From: Nemertoderma westbladi | Taxonomy: Eukaryota; Animalia; Xenacoelomorpha | Reading direction: 5' to 3' | NCBI GenBank assembly: GCA_032718475.1 | Contig: JAUCBJ010006915.1 | Location: forward strand, 1-64,000 | DNA: 64,000 nucleotides | Part shown: piece after piece, positions 1 to 11,705 of the stretch | How positions within the stretch are numbered: the first letter of the stretch is position 1 | How the letters are laid out: every line of letters starts with the position of its first letter | Translations under genes and position numbers: made by a program | Notes under the pieces: model-generated | Told to the model about the DNA's origin: nothing | Databases searched by the model: none | What the model saw: only the letters and a program-made list of their open reading frames with translations

Positions 1-593
1 CTGTAGATTCCGAATCTGAAAACCGTTTTAAATTTAACCAAAAATTGGTAAAGATATTATCAAAATACTAATGTGTAAATTTAGAGACGTAAATCGCTAT
101 AATTCTGATGTTTTGTTGTCTTTATTCTGGAAGATTTATTATTATTTAGCTGAGCGTTTAAAACTCTCTATCTTGTTTTTCATTACCCATAATTAATATT
201 CTAGAATTGAGTAAAAAAAACATTAGAATTATAGCGGTTTACGTCACAAAAATTTACACCTTAGTATTTTAATAATATCTCCGGAAGTTCGTGGTGAAAT
301 TTACAACGGGTTTCAGATTCGGAATCTCCAGATGAAGGCGGTTCTAATGATATCTAGATCTCATTCCAAAGACGAAAAATAAAGCTGACGGAGGTAGCTA
401 AATATTGTGAAATATACGATTTTTAACGGCTTGCTTTATCGAAATAGCTCATAAATTAAAAAATCCGGCCAGGCCACCAGTAAGAAAAGGTGTCGATCTA
501 TCATCATACCAAATTTCGTAGCATTTTATTGAAATTTGAAAAAAATTAGGGGGGGGGGGGGGGGGCTCCGACCCCCTTGTTGTATTGAGGGTT
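1..593. mobile_element. Non-autonomous DNA transposon (MITE-like, piggyBac-type right end) with long internal inverted repeat; left end outside window
   Basis: 1-~115 is an imperfect inverted repeat of ~216-331 (ctgtagattccgaatctgaaaaccg / cgggtttcagattcggaatctccag). Poly-G at 549-565 and terminus ...GAGGG-TTA at 587-594; no ORF. Confidence 0.5.
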
Positions 594-974
594 ATGGTGT
601 ATATAATTATGTATAGTTTATATAATATTGATCAAGATAATATCTATGGAAACTAATAAACTATTTAAAATTAGTTTAGTTTTCTAAGTACGTTCGTTTT
701 TATATTAATGGTTGTGTAGAAATATTATAAATAACACATTCAAACATAAGGAATACATTAATTAAAGAACCATGTTTCACTAAGTACTTACTTCTCGTAA
801 TCAGTCAGCTGGCTGGAATTGTAAAATTAACAAAAAACTTGAAAGATGCGCTGCATGATTTCATGAAGCTGTCATAAGTCAGCCGTTCTACGCACAGTAG
901 CTTAACAGAAGCTTTATGGAAACAGAATCACATTAACTCACCAGTAGTGTGACGATCTACCAGACTTTGACATT

Positions 975-2648
975 ATGCCAAGAGATGTGCCTCAAATTCC
1001 CTATTGGCAACCAGCAGGGCTCCTAAACCCATATATGCAACCCAGAGAGCGAGAGCCACCAGCTCCCGCTATTCAACCACTAGAGACACCAGCTCCTTAT
1101 ATGCAACGAGGTGGTATTCTAACTCCCCTTTTGCAACAAGGAAGGCTGCCAACCACACATATGCAACCAAGAGCGCCAGAGCGAGAGCCATCAGCTCTCG
1201 TTATGCAACCGGAAGAGCTTCCAACTGCCTATCTGCATCTTATGCCACAAGGGGGACATGCAAATCCCCATATGCAGCCGAGAGATGAACAAACTCAACC
1301 CTTATTGTTTCCAATACATCCTCGCACTGTTCAACCGGGGCTGCTTCAACCCCTCACCCAAACACACCCAAACGCTCTTATTAGGCAAACAGAAGGTCCG
1401 CCAAGGCAGTGGTGTCCACCACAGCGGGACATGTTGGAAGAGAACAAAACATACCATGGTCGGTGTGATTCTTTTAATGTTGATGAACAACATGGGTACA
1501 TAGAACCGGATATCGGTAAGAAATCTGTATTTTTTTTACAGTCAAAAGTCCATATTGATGGATACAAGAAGATTCTGAAGGAGGGTGACGCTGTTATATT
1601 TCAATGCGAAATTAAAAAAGATAGAAATGATAAAATTGCATATAGAGCAACAAGGGTTAGTGTTCCAGGATGTAATGATTGCGGCCCTAATAGATATCAA
1701 CTTCCAAACATAGAGGAGACCATAACTTATACCGGCAAATGTATATACTATAATTATAATTATAAACATGGGTATATAGTTCCATTCGATAAAAAAAAAA
1801 ATATGGAACTTTGTGATTGCCATGGGATATGCTTTTGTGAAAATAACATCCATGTTAATAAGAGACGCCGGGTCCGGGTCCTTCCTATTGAATTCAGAAA
1901 GCTTCTATTCCAATATAGTTATAATAATCCACGAGGTGGTCGATATGCCACATGTGTTACAATACAGGGTGATGATTCATGCGAGGTAGCTAAAAAGATC
2001 AACCTTAACCAAGATGGAGAAAGCAAACGTGTGCAAACGGATAAGTATGATATGCTAGAGGATGGTAAAACACACACAGGACAAGTGCAATTAGTTTCGA
2101 ATAATAGTTATTGGTTTACTGTACCGATAATAAGCGGAGTGCCATTATGCAATTGTTATAGTTTGATTACTGTGCCTTCTAACATGCACATTAATGGACT
2201 CCAAAAGAAGCTGAAACATGATGACTTCGTTAGATTCCGCATCCACTCTTATTATTTACACACCAGACAAGAAGGAGCCTCAGTGGTTACCGTGGAGGGA
2301 GACTTTAAATGCAGGGCCGCACGGATGGTTAACAGGAACGCAACTTTTATGGAAGAAAACAAACCACACAATATCGAAGATGCCCATACCTTGTATGAGG
2401 AAAGAATATATACTGGCATATACAGTAGAACCTTATTCAATTATGAAGCAGAATATTATTATGGATCTATAATTCCGAAAATTGATGAGAAGGAACTGTG
2501 TGGATGTTACAGAATACTAGTTAGTCGTGAAATGGCTGCAAAAATTAAGAATGAAGTGAGAACGAATGGAAGGAAAACCGTTCAATTTCGGTTCCGATTT
2601 GACGAATTAAAAAAACAAAGGATAGCAACATCGGTGCGGTTCATTTAA
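975..2648 (+). CDS. Intronless multi-cold-shock-domain (OB-fold) protein with a P/Q-rich repetitive N-terminus
   Basis: 557-aa intact ORF. CSD signature YHGRCDSFNVDEQHGYIEPD..SVFF..LKEGDAVIF..ATRV is followed by three more divergent repeats (YTGKC..KHGYIVP; HTGQV..; YTGIY..YGSIIP). N-terminal (Y/H)MQPR repeats; AATAAA at ~2766. Confidence 0.75.
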   Translation: MPRDVPQIPYWQPAGLLNPYMQPREREPPAPAIQPLETPAPYMQRGGILTPLLQQGRLPTTHMQPRAPEREPSALVMQPEELPTAYLHLMPQGGHANPHMQPRDEQTQPLLFPIHPRTVQPGLLQPLTQTHPNALIRQTEGPPRQWCPPQRDMLEENKTYHGRCDSFNVDEQHGYIEPDIGKKSVFFLQSKVHIDGYKKILKEGDAVIFQCEIKKDRNDKIAYRATRVSVPGCNDCGPNRYQLPNIEETITYTGKCIYYNYNYKHGYIVPFDKKKNMELCDCHGICFCENNIHVNKRRRVRVLPIEFRKLLFQYSYNNPRGGRYATCVTIQGDDSCEVAKKINLNQDGESKRVQTDKYDMLEDGKTHTGQVQLVSNNSYWFTVPIISGVPLCNCYSLITVPSNMHINGLQKKLKHDDFVRFRIHSYYLHTRQEGASVVTVEGDFKCRAARMVNRNATFMEENKPHNIEDAHTLYEERIYTGIYSRTLFNYEAEYYYGSIIPKIDEKELCGCYRILVSREMAAKIKNEVRTNGRKTVQFRFRFDELKKQRIATSVRFI

Positions 2649-2970
2649 ATAGAAAAGGAGAGTCATATACGATACGTGCACATGAGTAATCTAAATTTTC
2701 TAATCGAAAATAATGTTAAATTGAGTTTGTTGGATGTTCATTTTAATACCTTGTTGTTATAGGTCAATAAATTGTTATCTCAAAACAGAACAACATACTT
2801 TTCGACGCTATTGCCTAGTTTCACTATTCCAATTGTCCTGTAGTGTACTATGCTCCATTAAGACAAGACTACTAAGATTAGTCTTTAACTTAGAGTAGTC
2901 TTCAACAAGATAATTAAGGGCAGCCCTAAACACCAGCTGGAGACAACACATGACAAACGCCGAGCTTTAA

Positions 2971-3139
2971 CCCTTTACTGCACTGCATGAATTATTAATG
3001 CTCCATAGAAAAAAATTATTTTGGTGTTTTTTGCAGTCATTTGTGTGTAAAAAAACTAAAAATTGGGAAAATTTTTTTTAAAAATATACTAGCACTTTTT
3101 GCACCACTGTTGCACTAGTGCAACATCATGCATAAAGGG
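2971..3139. mobile_element. Short piggyBac-like MITE remnant
   Basis: TTAA-CCCTTTACTGCAC at 2967 and inverted ATGCATAAAGGG at ~3128-3139; AT-rich interior. A further GAGGG-TTA end lies at ~3216-3223, where element A is truncated. Confidence 0.45.
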
Positions 3140-3224
3140 GATATAAATGTACATAATATTTGGCGAATTGTAAAGATGATTGTTTTCTTGATTCTCGTTT
3201 TTTATATGGTTTTATGAGGGTTAT

Positions 3225-4777
3225 GAATTCCAGCGGGAAGAAAGGGGTGGATTTTTGAAATTAGAGGATGTGTACCTATTAATATCCAGGGAAGCGGTGG
3301 TGGAGACTCGATCCAACTACACTGACCAACACATTGTAGCAGAAGGAATCACCTTACCATCATACAACCGACAAAAACCCCAGACAACATCCACCAAGAC
3401 GGCCACTTACGCCACACCGACAGAAACCCGACAATTTTCGGACGGTAGTAAAGTATCCGCACCTATTGGGATCAAACAGACCAGACAGCAACTGAGTGCA
3501 GACTTTAGCGGTTGCCAATACTGCGAGCAGTTAGGCAAGCGGCATACCAGTCACAAGTTAAGAGGTTGTCGGCTATTTCGTGAGTTAAACTCGGAAGAAC
3601 GACGGCTACAGATACGGCCATTGGATTCTTGTTGGCAGTGTACGCAACACGGACACGTTCGCAAAGATTGCCCAAATACGGACACCTGTCCATCCTGTGG
3701 ACGCAACCATGACGGTTTGCTCCATACCGATAGTCATACGCCGACAAAACGCTTCACTAGGGAACACCCAGAAGCAGCAGCAAAATGCAATACCGCATAT
3801 AAGAATCGAGAATCGAGAACAACCCCAACTTTCGTGACACACATACGGGATTGTTTCCCGGAGCAGTCCGGATCTTCTGATGAGGAATTCGAGGACGACA
3901 ACGACAAGATGGAGACGAACAACCATCAATTGCGCTTCTGACGCCTGACCAACTAAAGGGATTTAGCGTAATTCCTGTCAAGATTACTGGCACAAAAGGG
4001 AGCAAACGGATTTACGCTATTTTAGATTCAGCCTCATCTCACAGCTATGTGGACGAGAAGGTAGCTGATGTCGTGACGGATCTCCGACAAGGTAAGAACG
4101 TCAAATACACTGTAAGTAGTATGCATGGACAACGTGCAATACCAGTGACACGAGTTAAGTTAAACTTAGACACTCTTCTTCCGAAATCGCAACATAGCGA
4201 AAGGGAGAGGTCTTTGTTACCCTTCAAGGATTTAACTTTTGCGGCCACAAAAGACTTTAGTAATCTAATGGGTCCAGTGCCAGAACAATCCTTAGAGGAC
4301 CGTAAGTATTTTAGACACCTTGGTGTACCTGAATGTCCTGTTAACTATAGATCAGTAGCAATGCTGATCGGGACAGATCAATTCAACTTACATCAAGTGT
4401 GGGAAACCAGACCATCGGTAGTCGTAGCAGGAATTGCATACGCCTGTCGAACTCCGATAGGTTGGTATACTCGAGCGCCTGTGCGCACACTAGATATAAG
4501 TGATGAGGAAGACGATGTACAAAGTACATGTAGTTTATTAACTACAACTTCGACTCATTCTTTTTCACACGACAAGGACTATACTACACTACGTTCGACA
4601 AAACACGACAACGTTACAAGTACGACGTGTGTAGCGAGTACGATAAGTCACAAAGAGCAGCCAATCCACAAGGTTAGTGTAGAGATTAAGAAGGAGCGGA
4701 GTCAGGCAGAGGATCCATCAACGATAGATGATAACGCCGGAAGGCTTGCGAGTCTACCTCAACCAATAACCTTATAA
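3225..4777 (+). pseudogene. gag: BEL Gag C-terminus (3 Cys/His knuckles) and aspartic protease, frameshifted
   Basis: CQYC..H..C, CWQCTQHGHVRKDC, CPSCGRNHDGLLH; protease YAILDSASSHSYVD at ~4012-4053 in another frame; ACRTPIGWY BEL motif. Confidence 0.9.
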
Positions 4778-4979
4778 TATATTCTTACAAAGAGCAACAC
4801 AACATTGGCCACCACTATACGATAACAAGTCTAACACTATTCCTAAGGACGCCGAAATTAAAAAACCAAAGAAAGGTAAAGCAAAGAAAAAGACAACGGC
4901 GAAACTTAAGAAGAAACCAAAGGCGAAATGGAAAAATATAACTTACAAAGTTAAGGCAGGAAGACTTGCGAGACTTTCT

Positions 4980-5270
4980 CAACCAGACGTATCGCCAGAC
5001 GGTCAACCAGTCATGTTACCAGACGATAAACCAGACGTATAGCCAGACGGTCAACCAGACATGTTACCAGACGATAAACCAGACATATCACCAGACGGTC
5101 AACCAGACATGTTACCAGATGATAAACCAGACGTATCGCCAGACGATCAACCAGACATGTTACCAGACGGTCAACCAGACATTTTGCCAGACATGTCACT
5201 AGACGTTTCGCCGGATGTTCCACGAAACATTTTACCAGACATTTCACAAGATGTTCTACCAGACATTAGT
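4980..5270 (+). repeat. 24/48-bp tandem repeat in the RNase H-integrase spacer of A
   Basis: Units ccagacggtcaaccagacatgtta / ccagacgataaaccagacgtatcg, encoding PDGQPDML-PDDKPDVS. Confidence 0.9.
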
Positions 5271-5653
5271 AACATAGTGACACATAGTAAAGCCGCAGTT
5301 TCCCTATTGGAGCGGCCTTCTATTGACAAAATACCAAACTTGACACCCTTGAGTAACCATAAGTACAGTGAAACCTCATGTATTACAGATGTGGGTAGTA
5401 CCTACGCAAATGTAAATACAGGTGTTACTTTACGCTCAAGAGACATACCAACCTTACAACCTACGGTGAGATCTGGGATTAATATCGGCACAAAATAAGT
5501 TTACCGAAACCCAGTGATCCCATAGAATTTAAACCACCATTAGGAATCGACACACAAAGTACTGACAATCAAGGTAAGAAGACGAAGAAGGACAAATTAC
5601 TCGTAAACCCGGACGGATCAACAGTCAACAAGGGAATACTTACCGGCGGACTC

Positions 5654-7234
5654 GTGGGCCCATCTAGTAAAACAAAACCTTCAAAATTCATCATTGACTT
5701 ACCTGATGACGTCATAAATACTTACGTCGACCGAATTGTAAACTTGACAGATTCTTGGACAAACGCGTGCCGAAAATTAGCGTGGATTGTACGTTTTGTA
5801 CAATACGTTAAAGGCAAACGCGACTTTACACGTCGACTTACATTGACTGAGATTGACAGATGTGAAATTAAGTTAATTCGCCATTACCAATTGCGATATT
5901 TCGCACGCGAATTCACATCCATAAGTCAAGGTCAACCAATCAAGTCGTCACCAATATTGAGTTGGAGTCCGATAATTTATAATGGCTTAATTTGTCATAA
6001 ATCTCGGCTTCAAAACATCGACTTTAATACTGATTTTAGATACCCGATAATAATACCACAACATCACGAATTACAACGTGCAATGATACTGGACGCACAT
6101 TTACATCTGAAACACGCTGGAAGACACCACTGTCTTTCATACTTACGTACAAAATTTGTATTAATTAGACCCAGTAAAGCGCTAAGTTCAGTGACACGTA
6201 TGTGTATTATTTGTAAGAAGGTACATTCTAGAATAAGTACCCAAGAAATGAGTGAACTTCCACAAGCACGACTACAGGCATTCAGACCACCTTTCACAGA
6301 GACTGGAATTGACTGCTTTGGTCCCATACATACGAAACGTGGACGTATACTAGTAAAACGCTGGGGACTGATTTTCACATGCATGTCCAGTAGGGCAGTT
6401 CATATTGAACGTGTGATGGATCTTTCCACCAACGCTTTTATACTAGCATTGCGGCGATTTATCGCTAGACGCGGACTAGTAAAATGCTTGTACTCAGACC
6501 AAGGTACAAACTTTGTTGGTGCTCGAAATGAAATTGCTAGAGCCTTTAAGAAATTAGATCATGATCAAATCTCAAGCAAACTACGTCCTTACAAGATTTT
6601 TTGGAAGTTTAATCCTCCAGATAGTCCATGGAGAGGCGGAGTCTGGGAGAGATTGATTAGATCTATAAAAACAGCCATGGCGAAAGTAATTCCAGTAAAC
6701 CACATCTTGACAGACGACCAACTGACAACATTGTTTGTTGAAATCGAGGCAATACTAAATACTAGACCAATAGTATTAGTACCCGATGACAAACAATCCC
6801 AGTTTGCTTTAACACCGGCACACCTGCTGATGCAGGCATCAACTTCATTAATGCCTATTTCGATACCAACAGAAAGCGATAGCTACGGTAGAAAAGCGTG
6901 GAAAATCACGCAACTACTGGCTAACAAATTCTGGGAAATATGGCAAAACCATTATTTGCCCTCTATTTCTGCCAGAACAACCTGGTACAACAATACTCGC
7001 GCTTTAAAGCCGGGAGATCACGTGCTGTTAGCAGAAGTGAATTTAAAAAGACGCTTCTGGATAACAGGTGTAATTTTAGACACACATCCATCTATGGATG
7101 GAGTGACAAGAACCGTGACGGTACGGACAATTGACGGTCGTACAGTAGACAGACCGACTCAACGTCTCGTACTTCTTGAAGAGACTCGAAACAAGTCTGG
7201 AGATTACAAGTCTCCAACTAATGTTAGTAAATAG
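5654..7234 (+). CDS. pol: BEL integrase (HHCC, DDE, C-terminal BEL domain)
   Basis: HLKHAG..CIICKK; TGIDCFGP; YSDQGTNFVG; WKFNPPDSPWRGGVWERLI; LNTRP; FWEIW..YL; RPTQRLVLLE. Confidence 0.95.
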   Translation: MGPSSKTKPSKFIIDLPDDVINTYVDRIVNLTDSWTNACRKLAWIVRFVQYVKGKRDFTRRLTLTEIDRCEIKLIRHYQLRYFAREFTSISQGQPIKSSPILSWSPIIYNGLICHKSRLQNIDFNTDFRYPIIIPQHHELQRAMILDAHLHLKHAGRHHCLSYLRTKFVLIRPSKALSSVTRMCIICKKVHSRISTQEMSELPQARLQAFRPPFTETGIDCFGPIHTKRGRILVKRWGLIFTCMSSRAVHIERVMDLSTNAFILALRRFIARRGLVKCLYSDQGTNFVGARNEIARAFKKLDHDQISSKLRPYKIFWKFNPPDSPWRGGVWERLIRSIKTAMAKVIPVNHILTDDQLTTLFVEIEAILNTRPIVLVPDDKQSQFALTPAHLLMQASTSLMPISIPTESDSYGRKAWKITQLLANKFWEIWQNHYLPSISARTTWYNNTRALKPGDHVLLAEVNLKRRFWITGVILDTHPSMDGVTRTVTVRTIDGRTVDRPTQRLVLLEETRNKSGDYKSPTNVSK

Positions 7235-7660
7235 TAAGGAGTTTACAAATAGATTTCCACGTACCTGTACACTGTAGTAAAGACAGCGGTAGAATTCCAT
7301 TGTCTTTATATGTGAACATTGAGGGTAGTACCCTTATGTGTCACATAGGAGCGGGATTTGTAGGTATAAGAAATGGAATTCTACTTGGAACTCACAATAT
7401 TGAGACATTTTCTAAATTTTAGACAATCCATTTGGATTTGAAAAATTTTTAAAATTTTCTCCAGTGAATAGATTTCAGGGTACAGTCGGGTGGAACTTAA
7501 AATTAGAGAAACAAGAGAATGGAAGACTCGCGAGCCTTTCTTAAATTTAATTCAATTTTACACAGTCTTGTTTCAATAAGTTACGTCAAATAATAGACTT
7601 CCCTATATTTATTACTAACTCTTGATTGCTTATTTTCTGATAATAGTTTGGGATCAAAAA

Positions 7661-7863
7661 GTGAGTATTTTAGACTCACAGCCAGTTTAGCCCAAATTCG
7701 TTTTTATTTCGGCAAAAATTTTAGATAAGAAACAGTGTGTCATTAAAGAAACCCTAGATCTTAGGCTATGGGTAGGAGGTTGGAGCGTTGTCGAGCCAAA
7801 GGGCAGACGAAAACTCTCACATCTCCTCACAACTAACAATAAACTCTGTTGTATTCCCTCTAG
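7661..7863 (+). promoter_or_regulatory. Predicted intron in the ORF3 leader of A
   Basis: AAAA|GTGAGT donor at 7661, CTAAC branch point at 7833, pyrimidine tract plus TAG at 7861-7863. Same signals at equivalent places in B (19190-18989) and F (52504-52318). Confidence 0.55.
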
Positions 7864-7894
7864 TAGCAATGATTATGTAACCATACTTCAAATA

Positions 7895-10800
7895 ATGGCG
7901 AAGGGGATACATGGAGAGCCGAGATGGGGATATGATATCCAAGAGGAAGCAGCAGCGCCATTCGAACGGTTTGGAGCTAAAGACTACACCATATTTGGTA
8001 TAAAGGATTTATCAGAGAGTACAGCGAAACTCGCAAAGACTAAATATGACTAGAACGTATTAAAGAGAAGGCAAAACGCGTTAAATGAAAGAATCGAAAG
8101 TTTACGCAAAACCTTCAATGAACTTTACCCGTACGACGCTTTATGTGATACGGGAGATATTAGCGAAGACCCCGATACCGAAATTAGTCGTTTGTATCAT
8201 ACCATGCAATACCTGAAGGCGCATGAACCTATGCCTGCGGTACGCGATGAATTCGATGGAATGCATCTTTACAGACGAACTCGAGGGGACGATAGAGAAA
8301 CGAAGGAAGCATTTTCAGTTTATAAACTTTATTATCAATGTGGTGCTTGTATGCGCGAACAACGAAATGCGATTCCGATGCGTTTGAATAAGGAAAATCC
8401 CGAACCGATATTGGCGCGGTGTTCGAACCATCAACAACTACGCTACCAGGAAGGAGGGTATCCTTTATCGAATCCATATCATTCATTCGCTATGTGTGGA
8501 CCAAAGGCGGGAGAAATTGTCGTTTACCCACCTAAGGTTGTTGAACCCGATGCATTTGAACTTGCGCTGGACGAGGCGACTCAGTCAACCCGCGAAAAGA
8601 AAGAAGCTCTTAGCCTATACAGAGCCTATAAGGCTTTCGAGAAAGGTGAGATGAAAGAATGGGGCGGAAGACTCGCGAGCCTGCCTACCTTACCATTGGA
8701 CGTCACACGATCAAACTTCAGCTAAGGAGATGACACCGGAAGTTTTCGAAAGTATAAACTTTGCTCAAAACGTTATTCAGAGACTACAGATTGCATCCCC
8801 GGAAAGGACAAGAGAAATGCAACCGTATAGTACTTCGACTACGAAACCATTGAGTACGACACTCAATTTCCCTATTAGTATACCTACGACGTATGAAATA
8901 CCTATTGTGGATCATCCGGAAATCATTTCAAACTTAGAGTTTCTTCCTGCAGTCGTTCTAAGCGATATGGTTAAGATATATGATTTATGTAGACATATTA
9001 CGCAAAAGGTCGTGCATAATGTTCCACCTCATATTCAAGACTTTAGGGAACTGGATAGAGCTGGCGCTGATATAGCTCCGAGTAACCTGAAAGGATATTT
9101 AACCAGAACAATTCGCTTATGGATTGGAACAGGAACCTTTGAGTCAGATACAGATATTGCTGCGGACTGGCAAGGTAAAGTCATTTGTTTCGAGGACGAG
9201 AAAGACATCGAGAAGATTTGGCAACCTTCGGAAGAATTACTGGACGAATGGAATAGGACGTTTAGATCGTTTCAAGAAAATGGTTACATGTTTTATGACA
9301 ACGAGGGCGGCAGCCATCAGCAGAGTCTGACCTCCAAGACTATACAAATTAGAGCGGCAGACGGAGTTTTGCACGTTTTCAGTAGACAAAGGAGCGACAA
9401 GCGAATGCCGATACCTCCAGGAACTACCAAGCGGCACCATTTCATCACTAATATAGTAAAGAAGATGGACCAGGCTTGCAATATCGATGCTAGAATGTTA
9501 CCAAAGATGGTGAGAAATATGATTTTAGATAACACTGTTGTAAAGATTGGATCAGGAGTAAGAGAGGACTTAATTAGCGACTTCGCCGGCATGTCGGACA
9601 GTGACGACCGATTACCGACACCTTACGTCGACACTCGACCTCTTATACTGTGGTCTATAGAACAAGGATACTTCCGTGAGTATGATACTCAGAAAACCGG
9701 AACTGGATACATTTCCTATTTGATGTTTAATTGGGATTACAAGGAAAGTAAAAGAACAAAGTATATCGAAACGTATGGAGAAGGTGATACTCCGGATATA
9801 AATGAGTTTGAATCACAGCTTAAATGGAGAGGATGCGTATATTGGGCTATTACTTCACCTCCAAGAGCAGTATTACAATATTATTTAGCGATAGAGTCAT
9901 CAGTGAATGTTTGCTTAGTCACCGACATTGTGTCTCGGACTCTTAAAAGACATCCACTTTGTCTCGGAGAAGATCATACATTCTACGCGGAAGGGAGAAT
10001 TCATACCGATGTGTTTAGACGGTTTCTCGAACCCTTCTTCAATTCCGACGCTCAGTGTAATGCCTTCACTCGAGCAGGATTTAGTATATTTCGAGACGTG
10101 TATCTTCGCTGTGCGGGATCTCTTATCGAAAGACCATCTATGTTTACATTGTTACCCTATGAAGGAGAACGTATCATGGAGCTTACGGACAAATCACGGC
10201 AGACGCGCGCGCCTATCGGTCACTTAGGTGATGATTTCGAAGTAACAACGATCATTGACGATCCTTTAGAGGAACTTCTTGAGATTGAAAGGTACCTCCC
10301 AAAGAAATCTCAGACGGAGATTCGACAACTAGAAGCAACAGATGCTGTAGTTTGCATACAACCTTCTGAAACATACCAACCTATCGATCCAGACGATTAT
10401 GACTATAGTGTGGGAGGAAGCGCTCGACCCATTGGAGATCTTATATATGAGCGAGTGTGGTACCCTGCTAATACGATGTGTGGTAAATGTGGCGTCGCTG
10501 GACATCATTCGACAAAGTGCAGTGGAAAGCACATTACTACGACTCAACTAATCTGTGGATGGTGTGGAGATCAAGGGTCTCATACATTTTATACTTGCTG
10601 GAGATTTATGGCTCAATGCACATACTGCAATATAAAGGGACATCGAGCATCTGAATGCCAATTGCGAGACATACCTTACGAACACGAATCTGTAAAACTC
10701 GTGCGAAAACTATTTGATGATTGGGAATATTTGGCTGACGAACATGTATCGGCGCAAAGAAGATGATTCCCGATGAGAGCGCATCTTGGATTGTGGGCGG

Positions 10801-11609
10801 TAAATCCCCAAACTATGATGTCAGAAGGATATATCTCAGCTATGCCACAATATGACGAACTTATCGAGGTAGTTGATATTTTGCCTCACGATAGTGGATT
10901 TCGAGTTGTGCGCGAATACTTGTTACAGATTCACCCCGACAATAAGAATACATGGAACTTCCAGAAAGTAGTTAATCGTATCACATATGGTGAATTTGAT
11001 CATTTCCGAACGGAAAAGCGGAACAAGGGAGCTTGGTTAACCGTCGCATGGGCGTACCGAGCCACGTTCTACCATAAACGTATACGAGCGAGCGTATTCG
11101 AGGAAGAGGAGGTCCTAGAGGCGACCAACATACCAGCTACTCCGGTCGCGCCGTCTGCACGTCACCCTCGGGAGGACAGACAGCATAGGATCATAAGGGT
11201 TCAGAAAGTGGGCCAACAATTAAAGAAAACTATCAATGTTGAAGAACGAAGGGGATACGAACCGACTATTCGAATTACTCGAGATACGGTGTCGCTTCCC
11301 AGAGAACCGCAAGGAGGATCGGGACATATACCAGCTGATCAAAAGGGGGCGCAAGCTTCTCTTGGGTCTGCGTCGTCCGCTTCCCGCGCGTTCCCAGACG
11401 TTTTACCAGCGGTAGACACAACAGATCGGTCACGAGGAATCGGACGAGGATTTGGGATAACTAAGAGACGAATATGTGAGGAAATGGTCGTACCATCTCC
11501 CAACGTCCAAAGTAAACCGGTGACTCGCCCCACAAGTCCTATATCACGAGCTAAGTCACCGATACGCAGTTTTCGAGGACGCGGCAGGGCTCGATCCGCT
11601 AAGCGGTAA
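7895..11609 (+). pseudogene. ORF3 of A: DEDDy 3'-5' exonuclease plus CCHC zinc knuckles (~1200 aa, two stops, one frameshift)
   Basis: ATG 7895 (MAKGIHGEPRWGY, homologous to B and F starts); stop 8051; frameshift ~8690; stop 10764. Motifs FYDNEG, TIQI, LPKMVR..VKIGSGVREDL, YVDT, W..SPP..QYYLAIES; three CX2CX4-5HX4C knuckles; RGRGRARS tail. Confidence 0.85.
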
Positions 11610-11705
11610 ATAAAGTGTTATATATAAAAGGACTAATTATTCCGAACTCGTAAACTCATGTAAAGCGGGAAGGAAGGAGTGGACGGAAGACTCGTGAGCC
11701 TTTCT

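Noticed and set aside
3880-3960. Programmed gag-pol frameshift in A
   Set aside because: The frameshift in homologous D is at a different position and C is single-frame, so this is decay.
7895-11609. ORF3 as an env gene
   Set aside because: No signal peptide, TM helix or fusion-protein Cys pattern; nuclease motifs and CCHC knuckles are present instead.
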